In this document: positions 48,685 through 59,317 of the stretch, in pieces
How the letters are laid out: every line of letters begins with the position of its first letter
Numbering within the stretch: the first letter of the stretch is position 1
Assembly (NCBI GenBank): GCA_963664195.1
Contig: OY760907.1
Location: forward strand, 2,304,001 to 2,368,000
Direction: 5' to 3'
DNA: 64,000 bases
DNA from: an uncultured candidate division Zixibacteria bacterium
Lineage (GTDB): Bacteria; Zixibacteria; MSB-5A5; GN15; FEB-12
Translations under genes and position numbers: made by a program
The notes under the pieces: generated by a model
Seen by the model: only the letters and a program-made list of their open reading frames with translations
Told to the model about the DNA's origin: nothing
Databases searched by the model: none

Positions 48685-50907
48685 TTACGGACAGGGCGGA
48701 AGCGGATCGAGGCTGATGAACAGGTGGTCGATCAGCACCGTCAGATCACTCATCGTGATCAACCTGTCAGGACTCATGTCAATGTTGCCCTCGTCCTCAC
48801 ATTCTAACGGATCGAGGCTGATGAACAGATGGTCGATCAGCACAGTCAGGTCACCCATAGTGATCAGGTTGTCAATTGAGTTGTCGACATTGCCTACCGA
48901 GGAACCACGACAACAACTGAATTGCAGGGCGCCATCTTGAAGGTCCGGCACATAGGTCCCGGCGTACGTGGTCACATTCGGTGTGAAAGCACCGTAAGAA
49001 GTAAACGAAATCGGGTTGGGCGCTTCATCAGCAGTCTCCGGTACGGTGAAGAACAACCGCAGAATCGGACCGTCGCCCGGTTCCAGATAAGGTTCGGTGC
49101 CGGAATTCGATGCGTTGAGGAATACGGTATATCGATAGTTGTTCGGGTCGATACTGGAATACGAAACGATTTCAAAGTAATCGGTGCGGCAGCCGTTGGT
49201 GGTGCAGGAGTCGTACTCGAGATCCATCGGTCCGTCGTACGTGAAGGGGATCAGCATCTCCTTCAACGGAAGGTGGTTGTGAATGTTCACATCGACCACG
49301 ACGTGGTCGCCCGGATCAACTGCCACTTCAGCAATTCTCATGGTGTCAGCATATGCAGAAACCAGACCGTCGTAAGTCTTGGTCATCGGACCCTGTGCTG
49401 TAGTCATCGTCACCGAAACGCCGTAGAAGCCTGCCTCAGTGTACTCGTGCGTGGGATACTGTACGTCGGCCGTGCCGCCGTCACCGAAGGTCCAGTGCCA
49501 GTCGGAGACGTCGATGCCGAACACTTCTGCAGAGAAATCAACGTCGAGTGGCAGCGGCCCGTAGTTGTTGGTTGCGCCAATCTGGGCCTTGAGGCCGCTC
49601 AGGCCCTTGATGCAGAAGTTTGCTGAAGAGTCGACATTGTACAGGTCCAGCCATGTCGAGCCGGATTTGTAGTAACTCTGGCCTGGCTTGGAGTCGGACT
49701 CCACAATGGTGCGCGTGCTTGCGCCGAGCAGGACCGGAATGTCTGAAGTACAGTCATACGCCTGCCCGCCGGCAGAAAGGCTCACGTAGATGTAGAAATC
49801 GTCGTTGCGTGCAAGTTCGACAACCTCCGGTAGGTCGATGGTATGAAATCCGCGATACTGAATTGTGCCGGTAGTGCTAACCAGTTCGTCTTGGAGCTGA
49901 CCTCCCACGAAGCTGTCGTAGACTTTGGCCGTATAAGTGACGTTGTTAGCGGCGGTGTAGAAACTGACCGCTCGGAGGACATCATCGTCGACCGCCGTGA
50001 ATGCATTGAAGGCCTCATTGGCCGATGTGCGTGTGTCGCGCCAGCCGTGGTAGTCGTGGTAGTACACATGGTCGTACTGCATTGGCTCGACATCCTGGAA
50101 CGAAACAGCTCCCATTTCCGGGTTGGCACCGCAATGTTTGTCGTAATAGGAAATCCAGAAGAAGCCGCCGAACCCCCATCCGGTTCCCCAGCTGTTTTTG
50201 CAGAGCCAGGCGCCGTTGCCGGAGGCTTGCGTGTCCTTGTTGTCGTCCCAGCCAACGATAGAGACAGCGTGGTTCGGATCCAGAGAACTCCACGACGGTT
50301 GGTAATGAATGTAGTTTTCCATGAAATCACCGGAGGACATCAAGCAGGTACCGATAACCCCTTCGGTCATGATGATCTCTTTGATCGTATTGATATTGCT
50401 GAGGTTCGTTCCGACGGTGAACCATTCTATGTCGCGGGCATAGTAATAGTGATAGCTCGGCAGATATCTCTCAGGCGCCACGCCGAACGATTGGGCGTCA
50501 ATATCACGTACAGCACCCTCTCCGCGGGAGAAATAAGCCGCGGTTACGAGATAGTCGCCACCTTCGTGCGGGACCAGGCCCTGACCTGTAGGCGGGTCCA
50601 GGTCATCGTTGTTGTTGGTGTTGAACCCGTTCCACCAGTCGAGATGATACTCGGCCATGTTCGGCTCGCCGGTTTCGCCGGCGTCTTCCCAGACACCTGT
50701 CATAAGCAGATTGCCCTCGACAGAAGCCATGGAACCGTGAGTCCAGCAGGTTCCGCCAAGCTGGTCCTTAACGGAAGTGACGTAGTTCGTACCGTTGTAA
50801 TCACGCAGATCGAAACTTGTCGGCGGATCCGCGAGGAGCGGAGTGACCGGGAAAAGCACCGCCGCGAGCACGGCAAATACCAGAATAGACAGACCTGTCC
50901 TTTTCAT
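48685..50907 (-). CDS. Secreted papain-like (C1A) cysteine protease with lectin-like, PKD, cohesin-like and dockerin-like domains
   Basis: Signal peptide; FDLR...[39 protein letters not shown]; beta-sandwich ADTMRI...[15 protein letters not shown]; 76-aa tail 48685-48915. Confidence 0.9.
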   Translation of the reverse strand: MKRTGLSILVFAVLAAVLFPVTPLLADPPTSFDLRDYNGTNYVTSVKDQLGGTCWTHGSMASVEGNLLMTGVWEDAGETGEPNMAEYHLDWWNGFNTNNNDDLDPPTGQGLVPHEGGDYLVTAAYFSRGEGAVRDIDAQSFGVAPERYLPSYHYYYARDIEWFTVGTNLSNINTIKEIIMTEGVIGTCLMSSGDFMENYIHYQPSWSSLDPNHAVSIVGWDDNKDTQASGNGAWLCKNSWGTGWGFGGFFWISYYDKHCGANPEMGAVSFQDVEPMQYDHVYYHDYHGWRDTRTSANEAFNAFTAVDDDVLRAVSFYTAANNVTYTAKVYDSFVGGQLQDELVSTTGTIQYRGFHTIDLPEVVELARNDDFYIYVSLSAGGQAYDCTSDIPVLLGASTRTIVESDSKPGQSYYKSGSTWLDLYNVDSSANFCIKGLSGLKAQIGATNNYGPLPLDVDFSAEVFGIDVSDWHWTFGDGGTADVQYPTHEYTEAGFYGVSVTMTTAQGPMTKTYDGLVSAYADTMRIAEVAVDPGDHVVVDVNIHNHLPLKEMLIPFTYDGPMDLEYDSCTTNGCRTDYFEIVSYSSIDPNNYRYTVFLNASNSGTEPYLEPGDGPILRLFFTVPETADEAPNPISFTSYGAFTPNVTTYAGTYVPDLQDGALQFSCCRGSSVGNVDNSIDNLITMGDLTVLIDHLFISLDPLECEDEGNIDMSPDRLITMSDLTVLIDHLFISLDPLPPCP

Positions 50908-51275
50908 TTCTTCTCCGAAAATTAGACTATGAGTGCTGCATTGGAATCTCGTCGGCATGAACCTGCGGGCTGGTAACCTTCGATGCTGCCGGCTGAACTT
51001 CTACAATATAGCAAAAATACTGATTTCGTCAATGATTGAGACTGTTCACGGCTCAATTCACATCATGACGCGCACGCGTAGTGTTTTGTGCAATAACAAT
51101 ATAGAACAGTTCTGGGGGGTGTGTCCGAGGTCTCGAATCGGTGATGCTTTCGGTCTGCGGATCGACGATTCAATGATCTGGCTGATTAGGAGTGAGAATG
51201 ATTACCGCAAGCAGATCCGGCCGGGAAGGGCCGGAACCGGGCGGATTTCTCATCGCAGAGGCTGCGTTTGCGTGC

Positions 51276-53429
51276 TCATGACTTGTCCTCAGGAGGTTTA
51301 GACAGCATCGACAATGAGATGCGCTTTCGGTCGATATCAATGTCGAGGACGGTCACTTTTACTCTCTGCTGGACCTTGACAACCTCAGCCGGGTCCTTGA
51401 CAAAGCGATCTGCCAACTGGCTGACGTGTACCAATCCATCCTGATGCACTCCAATATCTACAAATGCGCCGAAATTGGTTACGTTTGTCACTATTCCCGG
51501 CAGACTCATGCCTACTTTGAGGTCCTGCATGGTCTTGACGGAATCGTCGAAACTAAACGCCTCAAACTTGGCTCTCGGGTCGCGACCCGGACGGGCAAGC
51601 TCTTTCATGATGTCCTGAAGCGTGGGCATGCCGACCTTGTCGGTCACATAATCTTTCAACTTGATCTGTTCCCGAAGCTTCTCGTTCTGCATCAAATCGC
51701 CGACCGAGCACCCCAGATCCTTTGCCATCGCTTTTACCACGGAGTAGCTCTCGGGGTGGACGGCACTTCGATCCAGAGGATTGTCTGCGTCGTTGATGCG
51801 AAGGAATCCGGCCGCCTGCTCAAATGCTTTTGGTCCCAGCCGCTTGACTTCCTTGAGAGCCGTGCGGGATTTGAACGGGCCGTTTTCGTCGCGGTGTGCG
51901 ACGATATTCTGCGCGAGTTGCGGGCCTAGACCTGACACATACGTCAGAAGCTGCTTGCTCGCCGTGTTGACCTCAACGCCTACCGCATTGACGCATCGTT
52001 CAACAATGTCATCCAGCCCCTGTTTCAGTGAACCCTGGTCGACATCGTGTTGGTACTGGCCGACACCGATGGATTTCGGATCAATCTTGACCAATTCGGC
52101 CAGCGGATCCATGAGGCGTCGTCCGATAGAGACGGAGCCGCGAACGGTGATGTCTTGTTCGGGGAACTCTTCTCGCGCCGCTTCGGAGGCGGAATAGACA
52201 GAGGCTCCCGACTCGTTGACCATTTCCACAACGATGTCCCCCGGCAGGCCGAGTTCTCGGACAAAAGCCTCGGTCTCGCGTCCGGCAGTGCCGTTTCCAA
52301 TGGCAATGACCTCGATATCGAACTTCCGACACAGAGACTTCATTTCGTCGCCGGCGTTTTCCTTCTGGCGGTCGCCGCTGTGCGGGTAGATTGCCGAATG
52401 GTGAAGCAGCTTGCCCTGGCTGTCCAGGCACACTAGTTTGCAGCCGGTTCGGAAACCAGGGTCGAGGGCAAGAATGCGCTTCTGCCCGAGCGGGGAGGCC
52501 ATGAGCAACTCCTGCAAGTTTTCCGCGAAGACACGAATCGCCTCTTCATCGGCCCGTTTTTTGGACTCGAGGCGTATCTCCGTTTCCATCGATGGCCCCA
52601 TCAGCCGCTTGTAGCAATCCTGAACCGCGAGGCGCACCTGCTCGGAGGCCGCATTGTCGTCTATGACGAAGATGCCCTCAAGCAAATCCCGAGCGTTTTC
52701 TTCCGGTGGTCCTACATGGAGGCTCAGTATCAATTCAGCCTCGCCGCGACGCATGGCCAGAACACGATGTGAGGGAGCTTTTGACAGCAGTTCATCCCAT
52801 TCGAAATAGTCCTTGAACTTGGCACCCTCGGACTCTTTGCCCGGGACAAGCTTGGACCTGATTGTAGCCTGTTCAACAAACAACTGGCGCATTTGGGCGC
52901 GGGCCTCAGCATCCTCGTTCACCCATTCGGCGATAATATCTCTCGCTCCGGCCAGGGCGGCCTCGGCAGTTTCGACTTCCTTTTCGAGGTCGATGAACTT
53001 CTCGGCTTCAACAATCGGATCAATCTCACCCTGCTCGGCAATCATATTGGCCAGCGGCTCAAGTCCGCGCTCCCGGGCAATTGTGGCTTTGGTACGGCGT
53101 TTCGGTTTGTACGGAAGATAGATGTCTTCCAATTCGGCCATGGTTTCGGCAGCCTCGATTTGATCCTGCAACTCGTCGGTGAGCAGGTCGCGCTCTGTCA
53201 GGGATTTCAATATGGCGTCACGGCGTTTGTCCAGATCACGAAGCTGCGTCACGCGATCACGAACGGCAGTAATCTGGACTTCGTCCATGGAGCCCGTGAT
53301 TTCTTTGCGATAGCGAGCGATGAATGGCACGGTGGCGTCATCGTCGAGGAGCGTGATGGTCTGGCTGACCTGATTTTGACTGAGACTCAGTTCGGTCGCG
53401 ATTTTCTGTATATGGAGATTGCTGCTCAT
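51276..53429 (-). CDS. tex: Tex-family RNA-binding transcriptional accessory protein
   Basis: ATVPFIARYRKE, LEDIYLPYKPKRRT, DPGFRTGCK, DPKSIGVGQYQHDV and C-terminal S1 domain (FGAFVDIGVHQDGLVHVS). Confidence 0.96.
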   Translation of the reverse strand: MSSNLHIQKIATELSLSQNQVSQTITLLDDDATVPFIARYRKEITGSMDEVQITAVRDRVTQLRDLDKRRDAILKSLTERDLLTDELQDQIEAAETMAELEDIYLPYKPKRRTKATIARERGLEPLANMIAEQGEIDPIVEAEKFIDLEKEVETAEAALAGARDIIAEWVNEDAEARAQMRQLFVEQATIRSKLVPGKESEGAKFKDYFEWDELLSKAPSHRVLAMRRGEAELILSLHVGPPEENARDLLEGIFVIDDNAASEQVRLAVQDCYKRLMGPSMETEIRLESKKRADEEAIRVFAENLQELLMASPLGQKRILALDPGFRTGCKLVCLDSQGKLLHHSAIYPHSGDRQKENAGDEMKSLCRKFDIEVIAIGNGTAGRETEAFVRELGLPGDIVVEMVNESGASVYSASEAAREEFPEQDITVRGSVSIGRRLMDPLAELVKIDPKSIGVGQYQHDVDQGSLKQGLDDIVERCVNAVGVEVNTASKQLLTYVSGLGPQLAQNIVAHRDENGPFKSRTALKEVKRLGPKAFEQAAGFLRINDADNPLDRSAVHPESYSVVKAMAKDLGCSVGDLMQNEKLREQIKLKDYVTDKVGMPTLQDIMKELARPGRDPRAKFEAFSFDDSVKTMQDLKVGMSLPGIVTNVTNFGAFVDIGVHQDGLVHVSQLADRFVKDPAEVVKVQQRVKVTVLDIDIDRKRISLSMLSKPPEDKS

Positions 53430-53569
53430 TTTCGCCTTTCATGTTGCCTTGTACGGCACGGAAGATAAGGCGAACGGGGCGAAAAGGAAACAGGAACATC
53501 AGAAGATTGTCTGCGGGGGGAGGGATGCCGCCCGCCATCGGCGGGCGACACTGCGAGGAGCTATGTTGC

Positions 53570-55009
53570 CTATTTCCCGCGAAGTTTTTTCAGCATATCG
53601 ACCGCGTTCTGGCTGTCGGGATTCAATTTCAACGACTGTTCGTAATTGGCGATTGCCGCAGTCGTATCTCCTTGCAACGCCAGCATTTCCCCGTAGCTGT
53701 CAAACACGTTGGCCGATTCAGGGAACAAGCCGACATTCAGTTTCATGACATCGACGGCATTGTCAATTCGCTTCCACTGTATGAAACTGTATCCCAGTCG
53801 ATTGATAGTCAATTCGATCGGGCGCCCGAGGTCGTCCCGCTGTTTCAGCTCCGTCGTGACTGCACTGATGGCGGCCTGATCGTCGTCGAGAACGGCCAAC
53901 TTGAGTCTCTTCAGCCAGGTCTGTGTGTCGGGATATCTCTCTGCGCCGACTCGGAACAGAGCGCGGGCGTCATCGGCCCTTTCCTCCCGCAGCAGTCGAT
54001 TGCCGACCCCATTGAGCAGGCCGCCGTCGAAATCACAGTAGTGGGCGTACTCGGTCTCCATGAGATCGTACGACTTGAGTGCGGCCTCGATGCCGTCGTC
54101 TATCACCGTCTGGAACAGTTGTGCACCGAGATTAAGGTCGCGGTCTTTGGATTCCTGGAGGCGGGAGGCATTCACCCAGTAGATGTCTTCGGTCCCTTCG
54201 CGGTTACTGGCGAAGAAGAAGTACTTGCCGTCTGGAGAGAACGCGGGGCAGTACTCGAACATGTCGGTGTTGATTCCAGGGCCAAGATTGCGAGGTGCGC
54301 CCCAGGAACGGTCCGGTTTGCGGAAACATGCCCACAGATCCCCACCGCCGAATCCGGGTCCCCTGCCAGTGGTAGTGAATACGAGCATTTTGCCATTGGG
54401 TGAGATCGCCGAGTTGTATTCCGCAGCCTTGGAATTGACCGAGTCGCCCAGATACTCTCTGGCTACTACGCTGTCGCCGTCGACGGTGGCCCGGAGCAGA
54501 TCGTTCTTGGCGCTGGTCATGAAGAGTTCGCCGTCAATCGATTGAGTTGGGTAGAACTCGCCCTGATCGGAGAGCCGTTTCGGGATACCCCAGTCGTCGC
54601 CCACTCGGTCGACAAACCAGACCTGCCAGGGCTCCTGTCCCTCAGTTCGGTCCAGTTTTCGAGTGGAGATGAAATACAGCCTTGTGCCATCAGGCGTAAT
54701 GAAAGGCTCCATGTCCTGATAAGGGCTGGCATAGGAGGCCACCGTCGGAGTAGTCCAGGAGCTGTCGACATATTTGGAGACCATCGGCGTACCCTGCCGG
54801 CTGAAGTAGAGTTCTGCCAGGTTCGGCATGAACGTGATGTCTCTTTCGTTCTTGTCCGGTGTGTTAACGAGTTCCGGCATGAACGGTACCGGCGTCAATT
54901 CGGGGGGTGTCAGGCCGAGATATTGTGCGTCGTCTTTTGGTCCCGAGCATCCCCAAAACAGGGACAGAGCCAGTGCTAAAACAGTTGAAAGGAGAATAGT
55001 TTTCTTCAT
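53570..55009 (-). CDS. Lipoprotein with PD40/TolB-like propeller and C-terminal TPR
   Basis: MKK signal with lipobox-like FWGC, ITPDG/ISPNG/FSPDG repeats, and TPR (NRLGY...ANVFDSYGE). Confidence 0.8.
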   Translation of the reverse strand: MKKTILLSTVLALALSLFWGCSGPKDDAQYLGLTPPELTPVPFMPELVNTPDKNERDITFMPNLAELYFSRQGTPMVSKYVDSSWTTPTVASYASPYQDMEPFITPDGTRLYFISTRKLDRTEGQEPWQVWFVDRVGDDWGIPKRLSDQGEFYPTQSIDGELFMTSAKNDLLRATVDGDSVVAREYLGDSVNSKAAEYNSAISPNGKMLVFTTTGRGPGFGGGDLWACFRKPDRSWGAPRNLGPGINTDMFEYCPAFSPDGKYFFFASNREGTEDIYWVNASRLQESKDRDLNLGAQLFQTVIDDGIEAALKSYDLMETEYAHYCDFDGGLLNGVGNRLLREERADDARALFRVGAERYPDTQTWLKRLKLAVLDDDQAAISAVTTELKQRDDLGRPIELTINRLGYSFIQWKRIDNAVDVMKLNVGLFPESANVFDSYGEMLALQGDTTAAIANYEQSLKLNPDSQNAVDMLKKLRGK

Positions 55010-55248
55010 TCTCAAGAGTCCTCTTCTGGTTCGATTAGGCGTTCAATCTACCGTACGTTTTGTCTGGTTGGTGTGGCAGCAGCTTTCAGTCTATGTTTCT
55101 AGACGTATGTGGGGTCTGATCTGTTGTCTACGTTTTTGCTGAATCTTAGCAGTGCAATAAAACCTGTACATGTGATTGAGAAAAGCGTACCTTCTTCAGA
55201 TGATCCAGCCGTAAAACCGGCCTAACGCAATCAGAAAAGAGCGATTTT

Positions 55249-56730
55249 TTGCAGGAAACAGACTCTAAACAAGAAGACCACATCATTGAGCCGGAAAACA
55301 GTCTCCCGGAGATATCCATAGACGAACTGCCGGAACGAATGCGCGAGGCGACCGCCAAAGTTGGATGGGCCGATCTTATGCCGGTTCAGGCCAAGGCGAT
55401 TCCGTATGTGCTCGCCGATAGGGACCTGATGGTCCAGTCAAAAACCGGCAGCGGAAAGACGGGGGCGTTTGTGCTGCCGATTTTGGAAAAGATTGACCTC
55501 AATCTCAATGCCTGTCAGGCTTTGGTGCTCGTTCCGACCCGTGAGTTGGCACGACAAGTCGCCAAAGATGCCGAAACTCTCGGCAGCGTGGCGGGAGTTC
55601 GCTGCGCCGCGGTGTACGGCGGCATGAAAATGGGACCACAGCTCAAGGCCCTCGCCAGGGGAGCACACATTGTGGTCGGAACCCCCGGCCGGGTGCTGGA
55701 TCATTTGATGCGTCGTACGCTGTCGCTTGACGATCTGGAATTCCTCGTTTTTGACGAGGCTGACCGGATGCTGTCGATTGGTTTCTATCCTGATATGAAA
55801 CAGGTCCAGAGGCATATTCCTCGGCGGGATATCAATGGTCTGATGTTTTCGGCCACGTTTCCGTCGCGTGTCAAGCGTCTGGCCGCGGAGTTCCTTCGGC
55901 ATCCTGAGTTCCTGAGTCTTAGCAAAGACCGGATTCACGTCACTGAGACTGATCATGTCTACTACGTGGTACCGGGCATGGAGAAAGACCGTTGTCTGGT
56001 TCGCATAATCGAGGTGGAGAATCCTGATTCTGCAATCATTTTCTGCAATACCAAGGCGCAGGTGCATTTTGTGACAACTGTGCTCCAGAGGTTTGGCTAC
56101 GATGCCGACGAACTGACCGCCGACCTCAAACAGAATGCCCGTGAGGGGGTGCTTAATCGTGCCCGGAAGGGCAGCCTGAGGTTCCTCGTCGCCACCGACG
56201 TGGCGGCCCGGGGGATCGATATCCCAGAGCTATCCCACGTTATCCAATACGAGCCTCCTGAAGATCCCGAAGCGTATGTCCATCGTGCCGGGCGCACCGG
56301 TCGAGCCGGGGCCACGGGCGAGGCGATCTCGCTGGTGGCAGGCGTGGAACAAACGGACCTTCAGCGCATCTCCCGACGATTTACGATTGACCTCGTGGAG
56401 CGTCCGCTGCCGAGCGAGGAAGATGTTCAGACTCTGGTTGAAGCAAGAGTGACGGCTTTGCTGGAGGCGCGGCTCCGGGCACGCGAGACTCTGGAGACGG
56501 AGCGTATGCAAAAATTCCTCTCGCTGGCCCGTGAAATGGGACAGAACGAAGACGAGTCGCCGATTATAGCAATGATGCTGGACGATTACTACCAGATGAC
56601 TCTGCACGGCAAATCGCTCGAACCGCCCCCGCTGCCAAAACGTGAGCCCGATAGCTCATCCAGGCCCCAGTCCGGTGGTCGGGGACGCCGCCCACAGAGT
56701 CGAGGCCGTCAGCGTTCGCGGAAGAGGTAG
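55249..56730 (+). CDS. DEAD-box RNA helicase
   Basis: Q motif, TGSGKT, PTRELA, TPGR, DEAD, SAT, ARGID, HRAGRTGR and an Arg-rich tail. Confidence 0.96.
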   Translation: MQETDSKQEDHIIEPENSLPEISIDELPERMREATAKVGWADLMPVQAKAIPYVLADRDLMVQSKTGSGKTGAFVLPILEKIDLNLNACQALVLVPTRELARQVAKDAETLGSVAGVRCAAVYGGMKMGPQLKALARGAHIVVGTPGRVLDHLMRRTLSLDDLEFLVFDEADRMLSIGFYPDMKQVQRHIPRRDINGLMFSATFPSRVKRLAAEFLRHPEFLSLSKDRIHVTETDHVYYVVPGMEKDRCLVRIIEVENPDSAIIFCNTKAQVHFVTTVLQRFGYDADELTADLKQNAREGVLNRARKGSLRFLVATDVAARGIDIPELSHVIQYEPPEDPEAYVHRAGRTGRAGATGEAISLVAGVEQTDLQRISRRFTIDLVERPLPSEEDVQTLVEARVTALLEARLRARETLETERMQKFLSLAREMGQNEDESPIIAMMLDDYYQMTLHGKSLEPPPLPKREPDSSSRPQSGGRGRRPQSRGRQRSRKR

Positions 56731-56760
56731 TCAGCCTGCTGGGGCAGGCGCTATCCTGAC

Positions 56761-57675
56761 ATGTGGTACTTGATCTGCGCCATTTGTTGCAGTGCGTCGA
56801 TAGCTCTCATTTTCAAGCACAGCGAAACCTCCGGTATGAACCGGTATGGTGTCACCAGTGCCAACTATCTCACCGCCTGTCTGGTCAGCGCTGGCCTGTT
56901 GCTGGCGCAGGGTTTTGAATTGCCGCTGTCGGATATGTACTCCGCGTTCGGCGATCTGCGTAACTTGATCTCGGGGGAGGCGGACACAGCTTCACCGGGT
57001 ACGAGCTTCGCCCGGGCCATCCTCATCGGACTACTAGCGGGCGGCATCTTCTTTCTCGCTTTCGTCTATTACCAGATAGGAGTGAACCGCCACGGTGTCA
57101 GTTTGACCGGGGCATTCGCCAAACTGGGGATTCTGATACCGATGTCGTTCTCGCTGATTCTTTGGAAAGAGTCTCCGTCGACCGTGCAATGGGTCGGTAT
57201 CGGCCTGGCTGTCTTCTCAATCGTTTTAGTCAATAGGCCGACCGACGGCGATTTACGCAAGGCGATCCGGCCCGCGTTATTGCTGCTTTTCCTGTTTGGC
57301 GGACTGGCCGAGTTCAGCAACAAGATATTTCAGCACTATGGTCTTCTTGAGCACAAAACGGTCTTTTTGCTGACGACCTTCTCTGTGGCCTTCGTCTCCA
57401 GCGTGATTACGACACGGATCAAGAGCCAGAAAATCACAAGGCGTGATTTGTTGACCGGGGTGGCGGTAGGCGTTCCTAACCTGTTCTCGTCGTATTTCCT
57501 CATTCTCGCATTGGATACGGTGCCTGCGACAGTCGCTTTTCCGGTTTACAGCGCCGGATCGATTGTTGTCATAAACGTCGTTGGCGCCGCATTCTTCAAG
57601 GAGCGGCTCCGGCGGGCTGAGCAGATTGCAATCGTCCTGACCTGTCTGGGACTGATTTTGATCGATATTCGATAG
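56761..57675 (+). CDS. DMT/EamA-superfamily transporter
   Basis: About 10 TM segments in two repeats, ending W.E.P and FFKERL. Confidence 0.75.
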   Translation: MWYLICAICCSASIALIFKHSETSGMNRYGVTSANYLTACLVSAGLLLAQGFELPLSDMYSAFGDLRNLISGEADTASPGTSFARAILIGLLAGGIFFLAFVYYQIGVNRHGVSLTGAFAKLGILIPMSFSLILWKESPSTVQWVGIGLAVFSIVLVNRPTDGDLRKAIRPALLLLFLFGGLAEFSNKIFQHYGLLEHKTVFLLTTFSVAFVSSVITTRIKSQKITRRDLLTGVAVGVPNLFSSYFLILALDTVPATVAFPVYSAGSIVVINVVGAAFFKERLRRAEQIAIVLTCLGLILIDIR

Positions 57676-57781
57676 AGAGAAATAAAGTGGCTACTTTTGC
57701 TCTATGTTGATTGTTATCATATCGACCAGAAGAAAGCAGACGGAATGACGTCACCGGCGAGGTGGCGAAAGGAGATCTCGG

Positions 57782-58702
57782 ATGAGGTTTGATAACATAG
57801 TTGATACCATCGGACGCACTCCTCTGGTACGGCTTAACCGGATGACCGGCGACAACGATGCCACCATATTCGCCAAGCTGGAGTTTTTTAATCCGGGGGC
57901 TTCAGTTAAAGACCGTATCGGGGTTTCGATGATCGACGCGGCGGTGAAAGCCGGTAAGCTGAAGCCGGGCATGACGATTGTGGAACCGACCTCCGGCAAC
58001 ACGGGTATAGGGCTGGCGCTTACGGCAGCGGCACGTGGCTACAAGTGTATCCTGACTATGCCGGAGACCATGAGCGCCGAGCGGATCGCACTCCTCAAGG
58101 CTTACGGGGCAGAGGTTGTGTTGACACCGGGCGCCGACGGGATGAAGGGAGCAATCGACAGGGCGGCTGAAATAGCGGCCGCGGAAGGCTGCTTCCAGCC
58201 CTTTCAATTCAACAACCCGGCCAATCCGGCTATTCATCGAAAGACCACCGCACTTGAAATAATCGAAGATTTGGCGGGTCTCAGGCTCGATGCTTTGGTG
58301 GTTGGGGTTGGAACCGGAGGAACCGTGAGTGGTCTTGGACGTGTTTTAAGGGATAAATTCGTTTGCCGGGTCTATGCGGTCGAACCGGAAGCCTCGCCTG
58401 TGCTTTCGGGAGGTGAACCGGGGAAACACAAGATACAGGGGATGGGAGCCGGATTCATACCGGGTAATTACGACGCCAGTGTCGTTGATGAAGTGATAAA
58501 GGTGGGCGATGAAAACGCCGCCGCGACCGCCAGAGAATTGGCACGTAGAGAAGGTATTCTTGGTGGAATTTCTTCCGGAGCCAACGTCTGGGCGGCAAAA
58601 CAGGTGGCGCGCGAGCTTGGTAAGGGGAAAATAACCGTCACGATAGTTTGCGACACCGGTGAGCGTTATCTCTCAACCGGATTGTTCGACGATGAGAGTT
58701 AA
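57782..58702 (+). CDS. cysK: Cysteine synthase A (O-acetylserine thiol-lyase)
   Basis: [36 protein letters not shown] and GERYLST. Confidence 0.96.
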   Translation: MRFDNIVDTIGRTPLVRLNRMTGDNDATIFAKLEFFNPGASVKDRIGVSMIDAAVKAGKLKPGMTIVEPTSGNTGIGLALTAAARGYKCILTMPETMSAERIALLKAYGAEVVLTPGADGMKGAIDRAAEIAAAEGCFQPFQFNNPANPAIHRKTTALEIIEDLAGLRLDALVVGVGTGGTVSGLGRVLRDKFVCRVYAVEPEASPVLSGGEPGKHKIQGMGAGFIPGNYDASVVDEVIKVGDENAAATARELARREGILGGISSGANVWAAKQVARELGKGKITVTIVCDTGERYLSTGLFDDES

Positions 58703-58735
58703 CTTTGGTCGATATTCGTACGATAAATATAGGTA

Positions 58736-59305
58736 ATGTCAGCAATACTTAGAGACATCAAAGCAATATCGAAAAACGACCCGGCCAGCAGGAATATCGA
58801 GTTTCTGCTGTATCCCGGTTTTCGAGCGATCGTTTTTCACCGGTTCATCCACTTCCTGTGGAACCTGGGGATCCCGTTCATCCCGAGGCTCCTGTCTGAG
58901 ATCAATCGCTGGATGACCGGTCTGGAAATCCACCCCGGCGCGTCGATAGGTCCGGGTCTCTTTGTCGATCACGGTATGGGCGTGGTTGTCGGAGAAACGA
59001 CAACGATGGGTTCTGATTGCGTGATCTTCCACAACGTGACGCTCGGCGGAACCGGTAAGCATACCGGCAAACGCCATCCCACCATCGGCGACAACGTTTT
59101 CATAGGCACCGGCGCAACCCTCCTCGGCCCGATCACGGTGGGGAGTAATGTCAAGATTGGCGCCAACAGCTTCATCGTTATGTGCGACGTTCCTTCCAAT
59201 TGCACTGTGGCCGGAACACCGGCAAGGATTATCAAGCGGAACGGCGTACGTTGCGACGAGGAACTCCCGCGGACAAACGCCGTCCCTCTGCCTAAAGCAA
59301 GCTAA
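58736..59305 (+). CDS. cysE: Serine O-acetyltransferase
   Basis: DPA, LYPG, TGLEIHPGA, DHGMGVVVGET, VTLGGTGK...RHP; directly follows cysK. Confidence 0.95.
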   Translation: MSAILRDIKAISKNDPASRNIEFLLYPGFRAIVFHRFIHFLWNLGIPFIPRLLSEINRWMTGLEIHPGASIGPGLFVDHGMGVVVGETTTMGSDCVIFHNVTLGGTGKHTGKRHPTIGDNVFIGTGATLLGPITVGSNVKIGANSFIVMCDVPSNCTVAGTPARIIKRNGVRCDEELPRTNAVPLPKAS

Positions 59306-59317
59306 CGATTGGTCAAA

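Noticed and set aside
49843..50925. Long antisense ORFs (e.g. 49843-50925 +, 37787-38803 -, 43694-44677 -, 53441-54403 +)
   Set aside because: Shadows of real genes on the opposite strand in GC-rich DNA; no recognisable motifs.
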